From the NCBI GenBank assembly GCA_017545165.1, contig JAFWQQ010000054.1, forward strand, positions 10,279 through 74,278: a DNA stretch of 64,000 nt, in the 5' to 3' direction. Below are positions 9,181 to 20,165 of this stretch, piece by piece. The stretch is from Oscillospiraceae bacterium. GTDB lineage: Bacteria; Bacillota; Clostridia; Oscillospirales; Oscillospiraceae. The first letter of the stretch is position 1; each line of letters starts with the position of its first letter. The notes below the pieces were generated by a model. It saw only the letters and a program-made list of their open reading frames with translations. It did no database searches and was not told the origin of the DNA. The translations under genes were made by a program, and so were the position numbers.

Positions 9181-9257
9181 TGGGGTGGGATATGGGGCTC
9201 GAACCCACGACACCCGGAACCACAATCCGGTGCTCTACCAACTGAGCTAATCCCACC
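9181..9257 (-). tRNA. tRNA-His (anticodon GTG)
   Basis: Reverse complement GGTGGGATTAGCTCAGTTGGTAGAGCACCGGATTGTGGTTCCGGGTGTCGTGGGTTCGAGCCCCATATCCCACCCCA, with the extra 5' G(-1) typical of tRNA-His. Confidence 0.9.
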
Positions 9258-9323
9258 ATATCAGTTTCTCCGCCGGGAGGGTGGACAAAGTGCTGCGCCA
9301 AATCTGCTGCCACCCTCTGGCGT

Positions 9324-9400
9324 TGGCACGCCAAGAGGGATTCGAACCCCCGACCTACTGCTTAGAAGGCAGTTGCTCTATCCTGCTGAGCTATTGGCGC
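9324..9400 (-). tRNA. tRNA-Arg (anticodon TCT)
   Basis: Reverse complement GCGCCAATAGCTCAGCAGGATAGAGCAACTGCCTTCTAAGCAGTAGGTCGGGGGTTCGAATCCCTCTTGGCGTGCCA. Confidence 0.9.
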
Positions 9401-9422
9401 ATATGCGCTGTACCCGCTCATG

Positions 9423-9496
9423 TGGAGCGGGTGATGGGAATCGAACCCACGTATCCAGCTTGGAAGGCTGGTGTTCTACCATTGAACTACACCCGC
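9423..9496 (-). tRNA. tRNA-Gly (anticodon TCC)
   Basis: Reverse complement GCGGGTGTAGTTCAATGGTAGAACACCAGCCTTCCAAGCTGGATACGTGGGTTCGATTCCCATCACCCGCTCCA. Confidence 0.9.
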
Positions 9497-9523
9497 ATGG
9501 CCGGTTCCTCATTCAGCCAAGAG

Positions 9524-9553
9524 ATAATACCATACAAGTCCCGGGCCTGTCAA
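9524..9553 (-). promoter_or_regulatory. sigma-A promoter of the tRNA operon
   Basis: On the minus strand, TTGACA, 18 nt spacer, TATTAT (with an upstream TGg), ending about 27 nt before the tRNA-Gly 5' end. Confidence 0.6.
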
Positions 9554-9573
9554 CATTTTTTTCGCGCCCGGGA

Positions 9574-9607
9574 GAAAAAAACCGGAGCGGACGGCTGCCC
9601 GCTCCGG
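9574..9607 (-). terminator. rho-independent terminator of the surface-protein gene
   Basis: On the minus strand, CCGGAGCGG...CCGCTCCGG is followed by TTTTTTT. Confidence 0.7.
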
Positions 9608-9781
9608 CTGAGGGCACTTATGCTGTTTTTCGATAGAAACACTTGAATCCTTCCGGCTGGATTTGTGCCATGCATCGTTGGCGGCCTTGATCATATAGAT
9701 CCATTATGCTCTGCGGCTACCGCTTCGCCTGACGCAAATCCACCTCGGAATTCTATCAAGCTCTCTTATCGAAGAGTAGTA

Positions 9782-11374
9782 TCAGCGTTTCTTGCGGAAA
9801 AGCTCCTTGAACAAATCAGAGAAATACTCTCTCCCGCTGCGGTTGACAAAGAACAGGTAGACGCCCAGAACAGCCAGGGCGGCCAGGGCAGCGATCACAA
9901 CGATGGCAATGATCGTTTTCCCGGAGTGGACCTGCTTCTCTTCGGCTTCCCGGGAATCCGCCCCGTCCAGGGGGACGATCGCCGGATCCGAAGGCTCCAG
10001 CTCGGGCGTGGGCTCCAGGCTGGGCTCGGGCGTAGGTTCCGGCGTCGGCTCGGGGGTGGGCTCCGGCGTCGGCTCCGGCGTAGGCTCAGGCGTAGGCTCT
10101 GGAGTAGGCTCCGGCGTCGGCTCCGGCGTGGGCTCGGGTGTGGGCTCCGGCGTGGGCTCGGGTGTGGGCTCGGGCGTCGGCTCCGCTGCGGGCATGGACG
10201 CGGACTCGGCCGTGGGCTTTGCCGTGGGCATCGGGACAGGCGCGGGAAGAGGCTTGGGCGAAGGCTCGGGCACAGGCTCGGGCTCCGGTGCGGACTCGGA
10301 CACAGACTCGGGCTCCGGCATAGACTCGGGCACAGGCTCGGGCTCGGTCAAGGCCACAGGCTCAGGCGAAGGTTCCGGCAGAAGGTCGGGCAGCGAGTCC
10401 GGCGAAACAATGGATCTATCGACGGAGTCTGCGGAGAGGAGAGCCGACAGGAAACTGCTGCCGAGCTCATGGATGTATGAGGAGAACCCTTCTCCTACAA
10501 GATTCGTAAGTTGAACGGGAAGGCGGAAGCCGAGGAAGCCGGAGGGGCGCTCAAGCTCCAGGACCTGGACGGTAAAGACGCAGCTCTGGTCCTTGTACAG
10601 GACGGTGATTTCCGTCTCTCCCGGCTCGTCCAGTTTGTCGGGAAAGCACAACAGATCCTCATATACAGACCGGGTCCCGCTCTCGGTAAACACCCGGATC
10701 AGGAGGCCCGACGCGTCCAGATCCTCTCCCACGCGGTAGATCCTTTTGTCGGGAGGCCGCTGGACGGTAATACTTTTGATCAGCTCCGGCAGAGGTTCTA
10801 CGTCCACATCGAAGGAGCACATCAGGCCCTCGTAGCTGACGGTGATGCTCTGGACGCCGGGTTCCTCCAGCAGCGTGGGGGCGAGCGCATAGCCTTCGGT
10901 CACCACATAATCGCTGCTGTCGCTCAGCTCCACTTTCAGGCTGAGGCCATCGGCGTCAAGCGTCTCGCCGGCGGTGTATTCGGTGATCAGGGGCAGCGTT
11001 TCCACAGACAGGGCCACCGGCACGGGCTCCTGGCTTTCGTCTGCCAGGATGGTGACGGTGCAGAGACTGTCCGTATCATTATAGCGGAAAAGCAGGTCAT
11101 AAACGCCGGGGGTGGTGGGGAAGCCGCGCAGATAAACGTCGACGCCCTGTTCGCTCTCCTCGGTCTCCAGGCGCAGCCCGTCCGGCAGCAGCTCCAGATC
11201 GGTCCAGACCGTGCCGCCGGGGTCCAGGGTGGCCAGCAGGTGGTTCACCTCGACGCCCACGGTAAAGTCATCCGGCGCGGGATAGATCACATCCGCGCAG
11301 GCTGAGACCGGTATCAAAAGCACCAGCAGCAGCACCAGCAGCGCTGATAATCCTTTGCGTTTCATGGTTCTCAA
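9782..11374 (-). CDS. surface protein: signal peptide, Ig-like repeat region, long (PEPT)n linker and C-terminal TM anchor
   Basis: 530 aa. N-terminus [24 protein letters not shown]. Repeated ...ITV.Y....C.F.V.V modules. About 13 PEPT repeats. C-terminal [22 protein letters not shown] followed by basic residues. The start is TTG at 11374 or ATG at 11365. Confidence 0.75.
   Translation of the reverse strand: MRTMKRKGLSALLVLLLVLLIPVSACADVIYPAPDDFTVGVEVNHLLATLDPGGTVWTDLELLPDGLRLETEESEQGVDVYLRGFPTTPGVYDLLFRYNDTDSLCTVTILADESQEPVPVALSVETLPLITEYTAGETLDADGLSLKVELSDSSDYVVTEGYALAPTLLEEPGVQSITVSYEGLMCSFDVDVEPLPELIKSITVQRPPDKRIYRVGEDLDASGLLIRVFTESGTRSVYEDLLCFPDKLDEPGETEITVLYKDQSCVFTVQVLELERPSGFLGFRLPVQLTNLVGEGFSSYIHELGSSFLSALLSADSVDRSIVSPDSLPDLLPEPSPEPVALTEPEPVPESMPEPESVSESAPEPEPVPEPSPKPLPAPVPMPTAKPTAESASMPAAEPTPEPTPEPTPEPTPEPTPEPTPEPTPEPTPEPTPEPTPEPTPEPTPEPTPEPSLEPTPELEPSDPAIVPLDGADSREAEEKQVHSGKTIIAIVVIAALAALAVLGVYLFFVNRSGREYFSDLFKELFRKKR
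10003..10185. repeat. 12-bp-period tandem repeat encoding (PEPT)n
   Basis: GGCTC(C/G)GG(C/T)GT(C/G/A)G iterated. Lies inside CDS 9782-11374. Confidence 0.85.
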
Positions 11375-11574
11375 TACCCTCTCCTGTATCTCAACGCCCG
11401 AGGGCGTGGGGATAGTAATCCACGGTATACGAGGTTACCATAACACATCTTTACCGTTTTGTCAACATTTGAAAACTTTCTGGAATCCCGTCGACGCTTT
11501 TGCCGCTTTTGGTTGCACGAGAAACGGGGCTGTGGTAAACTGGAAAAAACATGAATCAAAAGGGAGGAATACCC

Positions 11575-13802
<2,228 letters not shown>

Positions 13803-13806
<4 letters not shown>

Positions 13807-14693
13807 GAGAAAGCGTCGAGAGAGCCTATGGCAAGCTGAACCTGTCCCTGGACGTGACCGGGCGGCGGGAGGACGGCTATCACGATCTGGCTATGCTGAT
13901 GCAGACGGTCTCCCTCTGCGACGAGCTGCGCCTGCGCTTCCGGGAGGACGGACAGGTCCGGGCAAGCTCCAACCTGCGCTTTATCCCGGGAGATGAGCGG
14001 AACCTGGCCGTCCGGGCCGCCCTGCGCTTTCTGGAGGCGGTGGGAGATCCGGGCCGGGGCGTACAGATCGAGCTGCGCAAGCAGATCCCGGTGGGCGCCG
14101 GGATGGGCGGAGGCTCGGCGGACGCCGCGGCGGTGCTGCGCTGCCTCAACCGGCTCTATGACCGGCCCTTCGGGCGGCGGGAGCTGGAGCAGCTGGCCCA
14201 GCAGATCGGCTCGGACGTGGCCTTCTGCGTGGCGGGGGGCACCGCCCTGGCGGAGGGCCGGGGCGAAAAGCTCACCGACCTGCCGGACCTTCCGGCGTGC
14301 AGCTTTGTGATCTGCAAGCCCTCCTTCTCCATCTCCACGCCGGAGCTCTACCGGAAGCTGGACAGCGCCCCCGTGCGCATCCATCCGGACACCCAGGGGA
14401 TCCTGGCCGGGGTCCGGGAGGGGGATCTGCGGGCCGTGTGCCGCCGGATGTACAACGTCTTTGAAGAGGTGGACGATCGGCGGCTGCGCACCGTGGCCGA
14501 GATCAAGGGCCGCCTCCTCGATCACCGGGCCCTGAGCGCCATGATGACCGGCACCGGCTCCGCGGTATTCGGCGTGTTTGAGCGTCCGGAGGCCGCGGAG
14601 GCCGCCGTCGCCGCCCTGCGAGGCAGCGTACCCTTCTGCTGCGCGGCCCGACCCGTGGGACGCATCGAAGAATATGCCGGGAGCACGAATTGA
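13803..14693 (+). CDS. ispE: 4-diphosphocytidyl-2-C-methyl-D-erythritol kinase
   Basis: 296 aa. KLNLSLDV, and the IPVGAGMGGGSADAAA GHMP-kinase motif. The start overlaps the upstream stop (ATGA). Confidence 0.9.
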
Positions 14694-14766
14694 GCTTGCG
14701 CGGCAAGACAGATCGTCCCGCTATCATCTTTTGACTTCAAAATTAATAAATTTGGAGGAAAATGAA

Positions 14767-16419
14767 ATGAAAAAACGGATCCTTTGCCTGCTGCTGGCCC
14801 TGCTTATCCCCTGCCTGGCCGCCTTTGACACGGCCGGAGAAGCGCAGCCCCTTCGGAGCACGACCGTTACCGTCGAAGGAGAGACAACGCCGAACCCCTT
14901 TTATACCTATGAGATCCTGCCTGACGGTACGGCGAAGATCCTCCGGTTTCGTGGAAATGCCGTGAACAGGCTGGCGCTCCCTGAGAGGATCGACGGGTAT
15001 CCGGTCTCCACGTTGGGGACGGAGACCTTCCAGGGCAGATGCCTGGATTTGAAGATATTCATCCCGGAGACGCTGACGGTGGTGGAGGGAAATCCGTTTG
15101 ACTTCGAGGGCGGGCTGTTGGGAATCGAGCTGCCAGCTTCCCATCCCAGCCTGGAGCTGGTGGACAATATGCTGTTCAGCAAAGCGGATCACCGCCTGAT
15201 CTGCGCCTGGGGTATGTTACATCAGGTCAGTATCCCGGAAGGAACGCTGAGCGTTGAGGACCATGCTTTTCGCCATGCCGAGATCGAATATGCCCCTTAT
15301 GCGCCCTTTCAAATCCCGGCCAGTGTGACCCATTTGGGAAAAAACCCCTTCTGCAATCGGGAAACCTACATTTCCTATACCCTCAGCGTGGCGGAGGGGA
15401 ATAAGGCGCTGATCATTGTGGACGGCATGCTTTTCAGCCTGGAAGACAAAAGACTGGTCTGCTGCGCAGACAGCATGGCGGTTCCTGACGACTATCAAAT
15501 TCCAAATGGGACGGAGATCCTGGACGATTACGCCTTTGTCAACGCGCGCGTCTGGTCCGCAAAAGCTGTCAACATTCCGAGCAGCGTGAGATCCGTTGGT
15601 GACAATCCCTTTTATGGCTGCAAGTGGCTGGAACAGATCGTCGTGGATAAAAACAACGAAAGCCTGGAATACAAAGACGGCGCGCTGTACAGCAGGGAGG
15701 ATCAGCGGCTCGTCTGCGCCATCGCCACGGATGACAGACAGCTTGTCATCCAGGAGGGAACGCGTATTATCGGCGATAACGCTTTTTGTATCCATATGGT
15801 GCCGGAATGGGACATTGTCCTTCCGGACAGTGTGGAGACGATCGGAGACGCTGCCGCGTGTGGACAGCGCATAATCACCAGCAATATCCCAAGACATGTT
15901 CGTCGGGTTGGGGCCAAGGCGTTCTACGGATGCTTTTTGAACTGTGATCTGGTCTTTTTGGATCCGGTTGAGCTGGGCGATTATGCCTTTGCCCAGCAGA
16001 GCAACGGCGGGATCCAAAGCCTGACCGCCCCTGCCGGGGCGTGCATCGGCAATTGTGCGTTTTCCAGCAATCACGCCCTGGAGAATGTGACTGTCTTCGG
16101 AGAAAACAGCTGCATCGGTCAAGGCGCATTCAATCGCTGCAGCACGCTTCGGGAGGTTTTTCTGGGCGAGGGCGTCTACGCTGTCGACAGCTGGCCTTTC
16201 GCCGATTGTTCGGAACTGGACCGGATTACCCTGCCCGAGAGCCTGACGTATATTGGAGACAAAGGCCTGCTGAACGCGGAGGAAAAAGGCTATGACGAGG
16301 TGTACGACTCGTTTTACACAAGATCCATCTGCACGATGACCGTGACCGTCGCCCCCGGCTCCTATGCCGAGAAGTACTGTCAGGAAAACGGGATCGACTG
16401 CTGCTATCCCGGGGCCTGA
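14767..16419 (+). CDS. BspA-type leucine-rich-repeat surface protein with signal peptide
   Basis: MKKRILCLLLALLIPCLAAF signal. Repeated ...IP.SV..IG..AF..C..L... modules. GGAGGA RBS before 14767. Confidence 0.8.
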   Translation: MKKRILCLLLALLIPCLAAFDTAGEAQPLRSTTVTVEGETTPNPFYTYEILPDGTAKILRFRGNAVNRLALPERIDGYPVSTLGTETFQGRCLDLKIFIPETLTVVEGNPFDFEGGLLGIELPASHPSLELVDNMLFSKADHRLICAWGMLHQVSIPEGTLSVEDHAFRHAEIEYAPYAPFQIPASVTHLGKNPFCNRETYISYTLSVAEGNKALIIVDGMLFSLEDKRLVCCADSMAVPDDYQIPNGTEILDDYAFVNARVWSAKAVNIPSSVRSVGDNPFYGCKWLEQIVVDKNNESLEYKDGALYSREDQRLVCAIATDDRQLVIQEGTRIIGDNAFCIHMVPEWDIVLPDSVETIGDAAACGQRIITSNIPRHVRRVGAKAFYGCFLNCDLVFLDPVELGDYAFAQQSNGGIQSLTAPAGACIGNCAFSSNHALENVTVFGENSCIGQGAFNRCSTLREVFLGEGVYAVDSWPFADCSELDRITLPESLTYIGDKGLLNAEEKGYDEVYDSFYTRSICTMTVTVAPGSYAEKYCQENGIDCCYPGA

Positions 16420-16459
16420 GCTTGGGCGGGAAATCAAAACATAAAACGGGAGGAAGATT

Positions 16460-16978
16460 ATGAAAACTAATGCGAGCGTCAAGGTGCTGAATGGGCTCCT
16501 GCTGGCAAACGGACTGCTATTCCTGTTGATGGGGTGCATGAAACTGGGAGAGGATCTGGACCAGACCCTTTTGGGCTTCGGGCTCGGGCTTCCCCTGGCG
16601 GCGGCCTACATCTGGCGAAAGATCCGCCAGCATCGAGGCAAGAGCGTACTGATCGGTCTGGGGACGATTCTGCTGTTTTTGGGAGCGCTGCTTTTCCTCG
16701 TGATGGGCATTACCAGCATCCCCGACGGCAATGACACCGTCCGGTTGGGCTTTGTGCTCGGCGTGCCCCTGGCGGCGCTCTATCTCTGGCGTCGGATCCG
16801 GGAGCTGCGGGAGCTTGACGCACAGAAGGCCGCTGTGCCGGCGCAGGAAATCAATCCGGATCGCGGCGCCGAGCCCGCGCCTGCCTCCGCCAAGGAGGAG
16901 GTCCCCGTCACGGTCTGCCCCCACTGCGGAGCGCCCAGCAAGGGAGAGGTCTGCTCCTACTGCGGCATGACAAAGTAA
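16460..16978 (+). CDS. membrane protein with internal duplication and C-terminal zinc-ribbon (CPHCG...CSYCG)
   Basis: 172 aa. Two similar TM hairpins (LGFGLGLPLAAAYIWRKIRQHR and LGFVLGVPLAALYLWRRIRELR). GGGAGGAAG RBS. Confidence 0.6.
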   Translation: MKTNASVKVLNGLLLANGLLFLLMGCMKLGEDLDQTLLGFGLGLPLAAAYIWRKIRQHRGKSVLIGLGTILLFLGALLFLVMGITSIPDGNDTVRLGFVLGVPLAALYLWRRIRELRELDAQKAAVPAQEINPDRGAEPAPASAKEEVPVTVCPHCGAPSKGEVCSYCGMTK

Positions 16979-17109
16979 TAATTAACCAATAAGACGGCTC
17001 AGAAAGATTTCAAGCTGTTCTATTGGTTGATCGTATAAAGCGAAAAGCGTATAAAACACGAAAACACCGTCCATACTATGCGCATCTACATAGAATGGAC
17101 GGTGTTTTT

Positions 17110-17703
17110 ATGCAAAATCGACGCTTTCGGCCCTGGGAGACGGCGGCGCTGCTCTCCCTGTGCCTGACGCTGCTGTGGGGGGCCTGGGCCAACGCCCGGC
17201 AGCAGAGCATCGCTTCGGGCCTGGTGCGCCTGCACGTGATCGCTTCCTCCGACGACGCGGAGGAGCAGGCCCTGAAGCTCCGGGTGCGGGACGCGGTGCT
17301 GGCCTGGCTGCGGCCCCGGCTGGCGGAGGCCGGGAGCGCCGGAGAGGCGGAGGAGATCCTGCGCCGGGAGCTGCCCGGGATCCGGGAGGCCGCCGCCGGA
17401 GCCAGCGAGGGCCGGGCGGTGACCGTGTCCCTGGGAGAGGAGTGCTATCCCCTCCGGCGCTACGGGGGCTTTGCCCTTCCCGCCGGACGCTATAAGTCCC
17501 TGCGGGTGGTCCTGGGGGAGGGAGCCGGGCACAACTGGTGGTGCGTGATCTTTCCCACCCTCTGCCTGGACGCGGCGGAAACCGACGCCCTGCAGGAAGC
17601 CCTGCGCGAGGAGGACTATGCCCTCGTCACCGGCGAGGGGGACAGGGAGCTGCGCTTCTGGCTGGTGGAGCTCTGGGGCGAGCTGCGAAACGCCTTGGGC
17701 TGA
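17110..17703 (+). CDS. spoIIR: stage II sporulation protein R
   Basis: LVRLHVIASSDDAEEQALKLRVRDAVL and NWWCVIFPTLC are SpoIIR hallmarks. The start is uncertain (ATG at 17095 or 17110). Confidence 0.85.
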   Translation: MQNRRFRPWETAALLSLCLTLLWGAWANARQQSIASGLVRLHVIASSDDAEEQALKLRVRDAVLAWLRPRLAEAGSAGEAEEILRRELPGIREAAAGASEGRAVTVSLGEECYPLRRYGGFALPAGRYKSLRVVLGEGAGHNWWCVIFPTLCLDAAETDALQEALREEDYALVTGEGDRELRFWLVELWGELRNALG

Positions 17704-17959
17704 GGCGTCCGGAGCGGCAGGGGAGGAGCGGAACGGGGAGAGCCCGCAAAGCCTTGATAATCAAGGGGTTCTACGCAGCGTAGAGCGCCGTTTCCCGCCG
17801 CTCTACCCCGCGGAGAGGGCCCGGTAGGGCGGGGAGAAGCATATGTAGCGCCTTTGGTGAAGGCAGTAGCTTGCCTTTTTCCCGCCGGCTGCGCTAAGAT
17901 ATGCACAAGGGCTCCGCTGCGCAAGCGGGGCCGAGCTTTGCAGACTGGAGGACAGAAAA

Positions 17960-18841
17960 ATGCGTTTTGTCGCCGTCACCGACACCTCGGGAAATCTTCC
18001 CACCCGGCGGATCCGGAAGGCGGATCTGAAGATCATTGCTTTCCCCTATTTTATCGATGGGCAGGAGTACACCTGCCTGGACACCGACAGCTTTCACGGG
18101 GACGAGTTTTATGCCCGCATCAAGGAGGGCCTGAAGGTCACCACCTCTCAGATCTCGCCCCAGCAATATATGGAATTCTACGAGCCCTGGCTGAAGCAGG
18201 GCCTGGACATCGTGTTCGTTTGCATGTCCTCGGGCATCAGCGGCTCCTGCAACTCTGCCCGCATCGGAGCGGAGATGATCCTGGAGCAGTACCCGGAGCG
18301 CCGCATCGAGGTCATCGACACCCTGGGCGCTTCCCTGGGCGAGGGCCTGGTGGCGCTGGAGGCTGCCCGCCTGCGGGACATGGACCTGAGCGCGGAGGCC
18401 GCCGCCCTGCGGCTGCGCAGCCTGTCCCAGCGGATGTACAATGTCTTTACCGTGGACGATCTGATGCACCTGCGCCGGGGCGGCCGTCTCAGCAACATGG
18501 CGGCCATCGTGGGCATGGTGCTGAACATCAAGCCCCTGCTCAAGGGCAACGAGGAGGGCAAGATCGTCTCCTTCGCCAAGGTCCGGGGCCGGAAGAAGTC
18601 CATCGAGGAGCTGGCCGCCCGCTACGATAAGCTTGCCGTGGACCCGGAGCACCAGACCGTGGGCATCGCCCAGGCCGGCTGCCGGGAGGACGCGGAGTAT
18701 CTGGCAAGCCTTCTGCGGAAAAACCGCCCGCCCAAGGAGATCCTTACCGTGGAGTACGAGCCGGTCACCGGTTCCCACGTGGGCCCCGGGGCCCTGGCCC
18801 TGTTCTTCGCCAGCCACAAGCTGGTCCGCTCCGAGGTCTGA
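17960..18841 (+). CDS. DegV family fatty-acid-binding protein
   Basis: 293 aa. The pattern MRFVAVTDTSGNLP...TSQISPQQY...VIDTLGASLGEG...GGRLS is typical of DegV. Confidence 0.85.
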   Translation: MRFVAVTDTSGNLPTRRIRKADLKIIAFPYFIDGQEYTCLDTDSFHGDEFYARIKEGLKVTTSQISPQQYMEFYEPWLKQGLDIVFVCMSSGISGSCNSARIGAEMILEQYPERRIEVIDTLGASLGEGLVALEAARLRDMDLSAEAAALRLRSLSQRMYNVFTVDDLMHLRRGGRLSNMAAIVGMVLNIKPLLKGNEEGKIVSFAKVRGRKKSIEELAARYDKLAVDPEHQTVGIAQAGCREDAEYLASLLRKNRPPKEILTVEYEPVTGSHVGPGALALFFASHKLVRSEV

Positions 18842-19478
18842 GGGGGAGCAGTCCAGCGGGCGAACGCCCCTACGGCGGGGGACGGGCATGGGCGCGGGGC
18901 GGCGGGCGCTTCGTGAAGCGCCCCTACGGCGGGAGACGGGGGTCGCCGAGCGATGCTCGGCGCTACGGGACAGTGGACGAAGAAAACGGATTGCCACACC
19001 AGTGACTCGGTCACAGCAGAGCTGGGATCGTCGCACGATTCTCGTGCGTCGCTATGTTCGCAATGACAGGATGGGGAAGGCGGGAGCGCCACACCCAAGA
19101 CCCTCTGAGAGGGAGACAAAGACACGCCGAAATCCCGTCTCGCGCTGTAGGGGCCGACGCCCAGCCCATGACCGGGCCCGCCGTTCCGTGCCTGCGCCCC
19201 GTTCCCTGCCAATTCGCACCGAAACGAGAGGGACAACCCCTCCGTCATCCGCCTCGCGGGGGATCGGCGGACGACACCTCCCCTTGCACAGGGGAGGTTG
19301 ACGGGAGAAACACCTCATCCGTCACGGTGCTTGCGGGCGAAGGGGACGCACCGCGCCACCTTCCCCTCAAGGGAAAGGCAAAGGGGCGCCGAGCGATGCT
19401 CGGCGCTACGGACGAGCTTCTTCCGGGGGGTAAGCGAGGGCGCAGGCGCCCTCCGCCGTTCCCCACTGCGCACTTCAC
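18842..19478. repeat. ORF-poor tract packed with short GC-rich palindromes (REP-like elements)
   Basis: Examples are GGCGCTTCGTGAAGCGCC and GTCGCACGATTCTCGTGCGTCGC. CGCCGAGCGATGCTCGGCGCTACGG occurs twice (18944, 19387). One copy of the GCCGAAATCCCG-N10-GTAGGGGCCGACGCCC element lies at 19126. Confidence 0.75.
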
Positions 19479-19527
19479 ACTACAAACTACGAACTACGAA
19501 CTACGAACTGCGAACTGCGAACTCAGC
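19479..19527. repeat. 7-bp microsatellite (ACTACGA/ACTGCGA), 7 units
   Basis: ACTACAA ACTACGA ACTACGA ACTACGA ACTGCGA ACTGCGA ACTCAGC, read directly from the sequence. Confidence 0.9.
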
Positions 19528-19531
19528 AACG

Positions 19532-19565
19532 AAAAACCGGGAAGTCATTCGACTTCCCGGTTTTA
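19532..19565. terminator. bidirectional terminator downstream of iorB
   Basis: AAAAACCGGGAAGTC-attc-GACTTCCCGGTTTT. Confidence 0.75.
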
Positions 19566-19584
19566 TGTTGGTGATACTGCGCGC

Positions 19585-20160
19585 TCAGACGGCCTCGTAG
19601 CCGGCGCGATAGGCTTTCAGGTTCAGCTCCCGGAACTTGGGAGGCACGGTTTCGGCAATGACGGTCTCCCAGTCGATATCGTCCATGTGCAGGGCTTTTA
19701 CCATGCCGCCGAAGAGGACGATGTTCATGCACTTGGCGTTGCCCAGGTCCTCGGCGATCTTCTCGGCGTTCAGCACCAGGCAGCGGTAGTGCTTCTGCAT
19801 GGCCTCCAGGCAGCCCTGGGGGTACTCGCAGAGGCCCGCGGCGATGCTGGAGGAGGCCATCTCGTAATCGTTGATGACGGCGACCCCGTCGGGCTTCAGG
19901 AAGTCGGCATAGCGGACGGCTTCCATCTTCTCAAAGGCCACGATGATATCCGCCGCACCCTTGCCGATGACCGGGGACCAGACCTTCTCGCCCCAGTGGA
20001 CCTGGGTGGAGACGCTGCCGCCCCGCTGGCTCATGCCGTGGACCTCAGACATCTTCACATCGTAGCCGGCCTTCATGAGGCCGTTCACCAGCACCTTGGC
20101 GGTGAGGATGGCGCCCTGGCCGCCAACGCCGACCAGCAGCGCGCTCTTGCTCTCTTTCAT
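19585..20160 (-). CDS. iorB: indolepyruvate:ferredoxin oxidoreductase subunit beta
   Basis: 191 aa starting MKESKSALLVGVGGQGAILTAKVL...HGMSQRGGSV. GAGGAAGGAG RBS. Lies 5 nt after the iorA stop. Confidence 0.85.
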   Translation of the reverse strand: MKESKSALLVGVGGQGAILTAKVLVNGLMKAGYDVKMSEVHGMSQRGGSVSTQVHWGEKVWSPVIGKGAADIIVAFEKMEAVRYADFLKPDGVAVINDYEMASSSIAAGLCEYPQGCLEAMQKHYRCLVLNAEKIAEDLGNAKCMNIVLFGGMVKALHMDDIDWETVIAETVPPKFRELNLKAYRAGYEAV

Positions 20161-20165
20161 GCCGC

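Noticed and set aside
8299-9646. Many 60-310-aa ORFs across the tRNA and repeat region (translations with RGFEPR / AGIRTP)
   Set aside because: These are translations of tRNA T-arm sequences and hairpins. The region is explained by five tRNAs plus tRNA-derived repeats.
9665-10514. Gly/Ser/Arg-rich ORFs 9665-10480 and 9903-10514 (+)
   Set aside because: They are antisense or alternative-frame readings of the (PEPT)n repeat inside the surface-protein gene.
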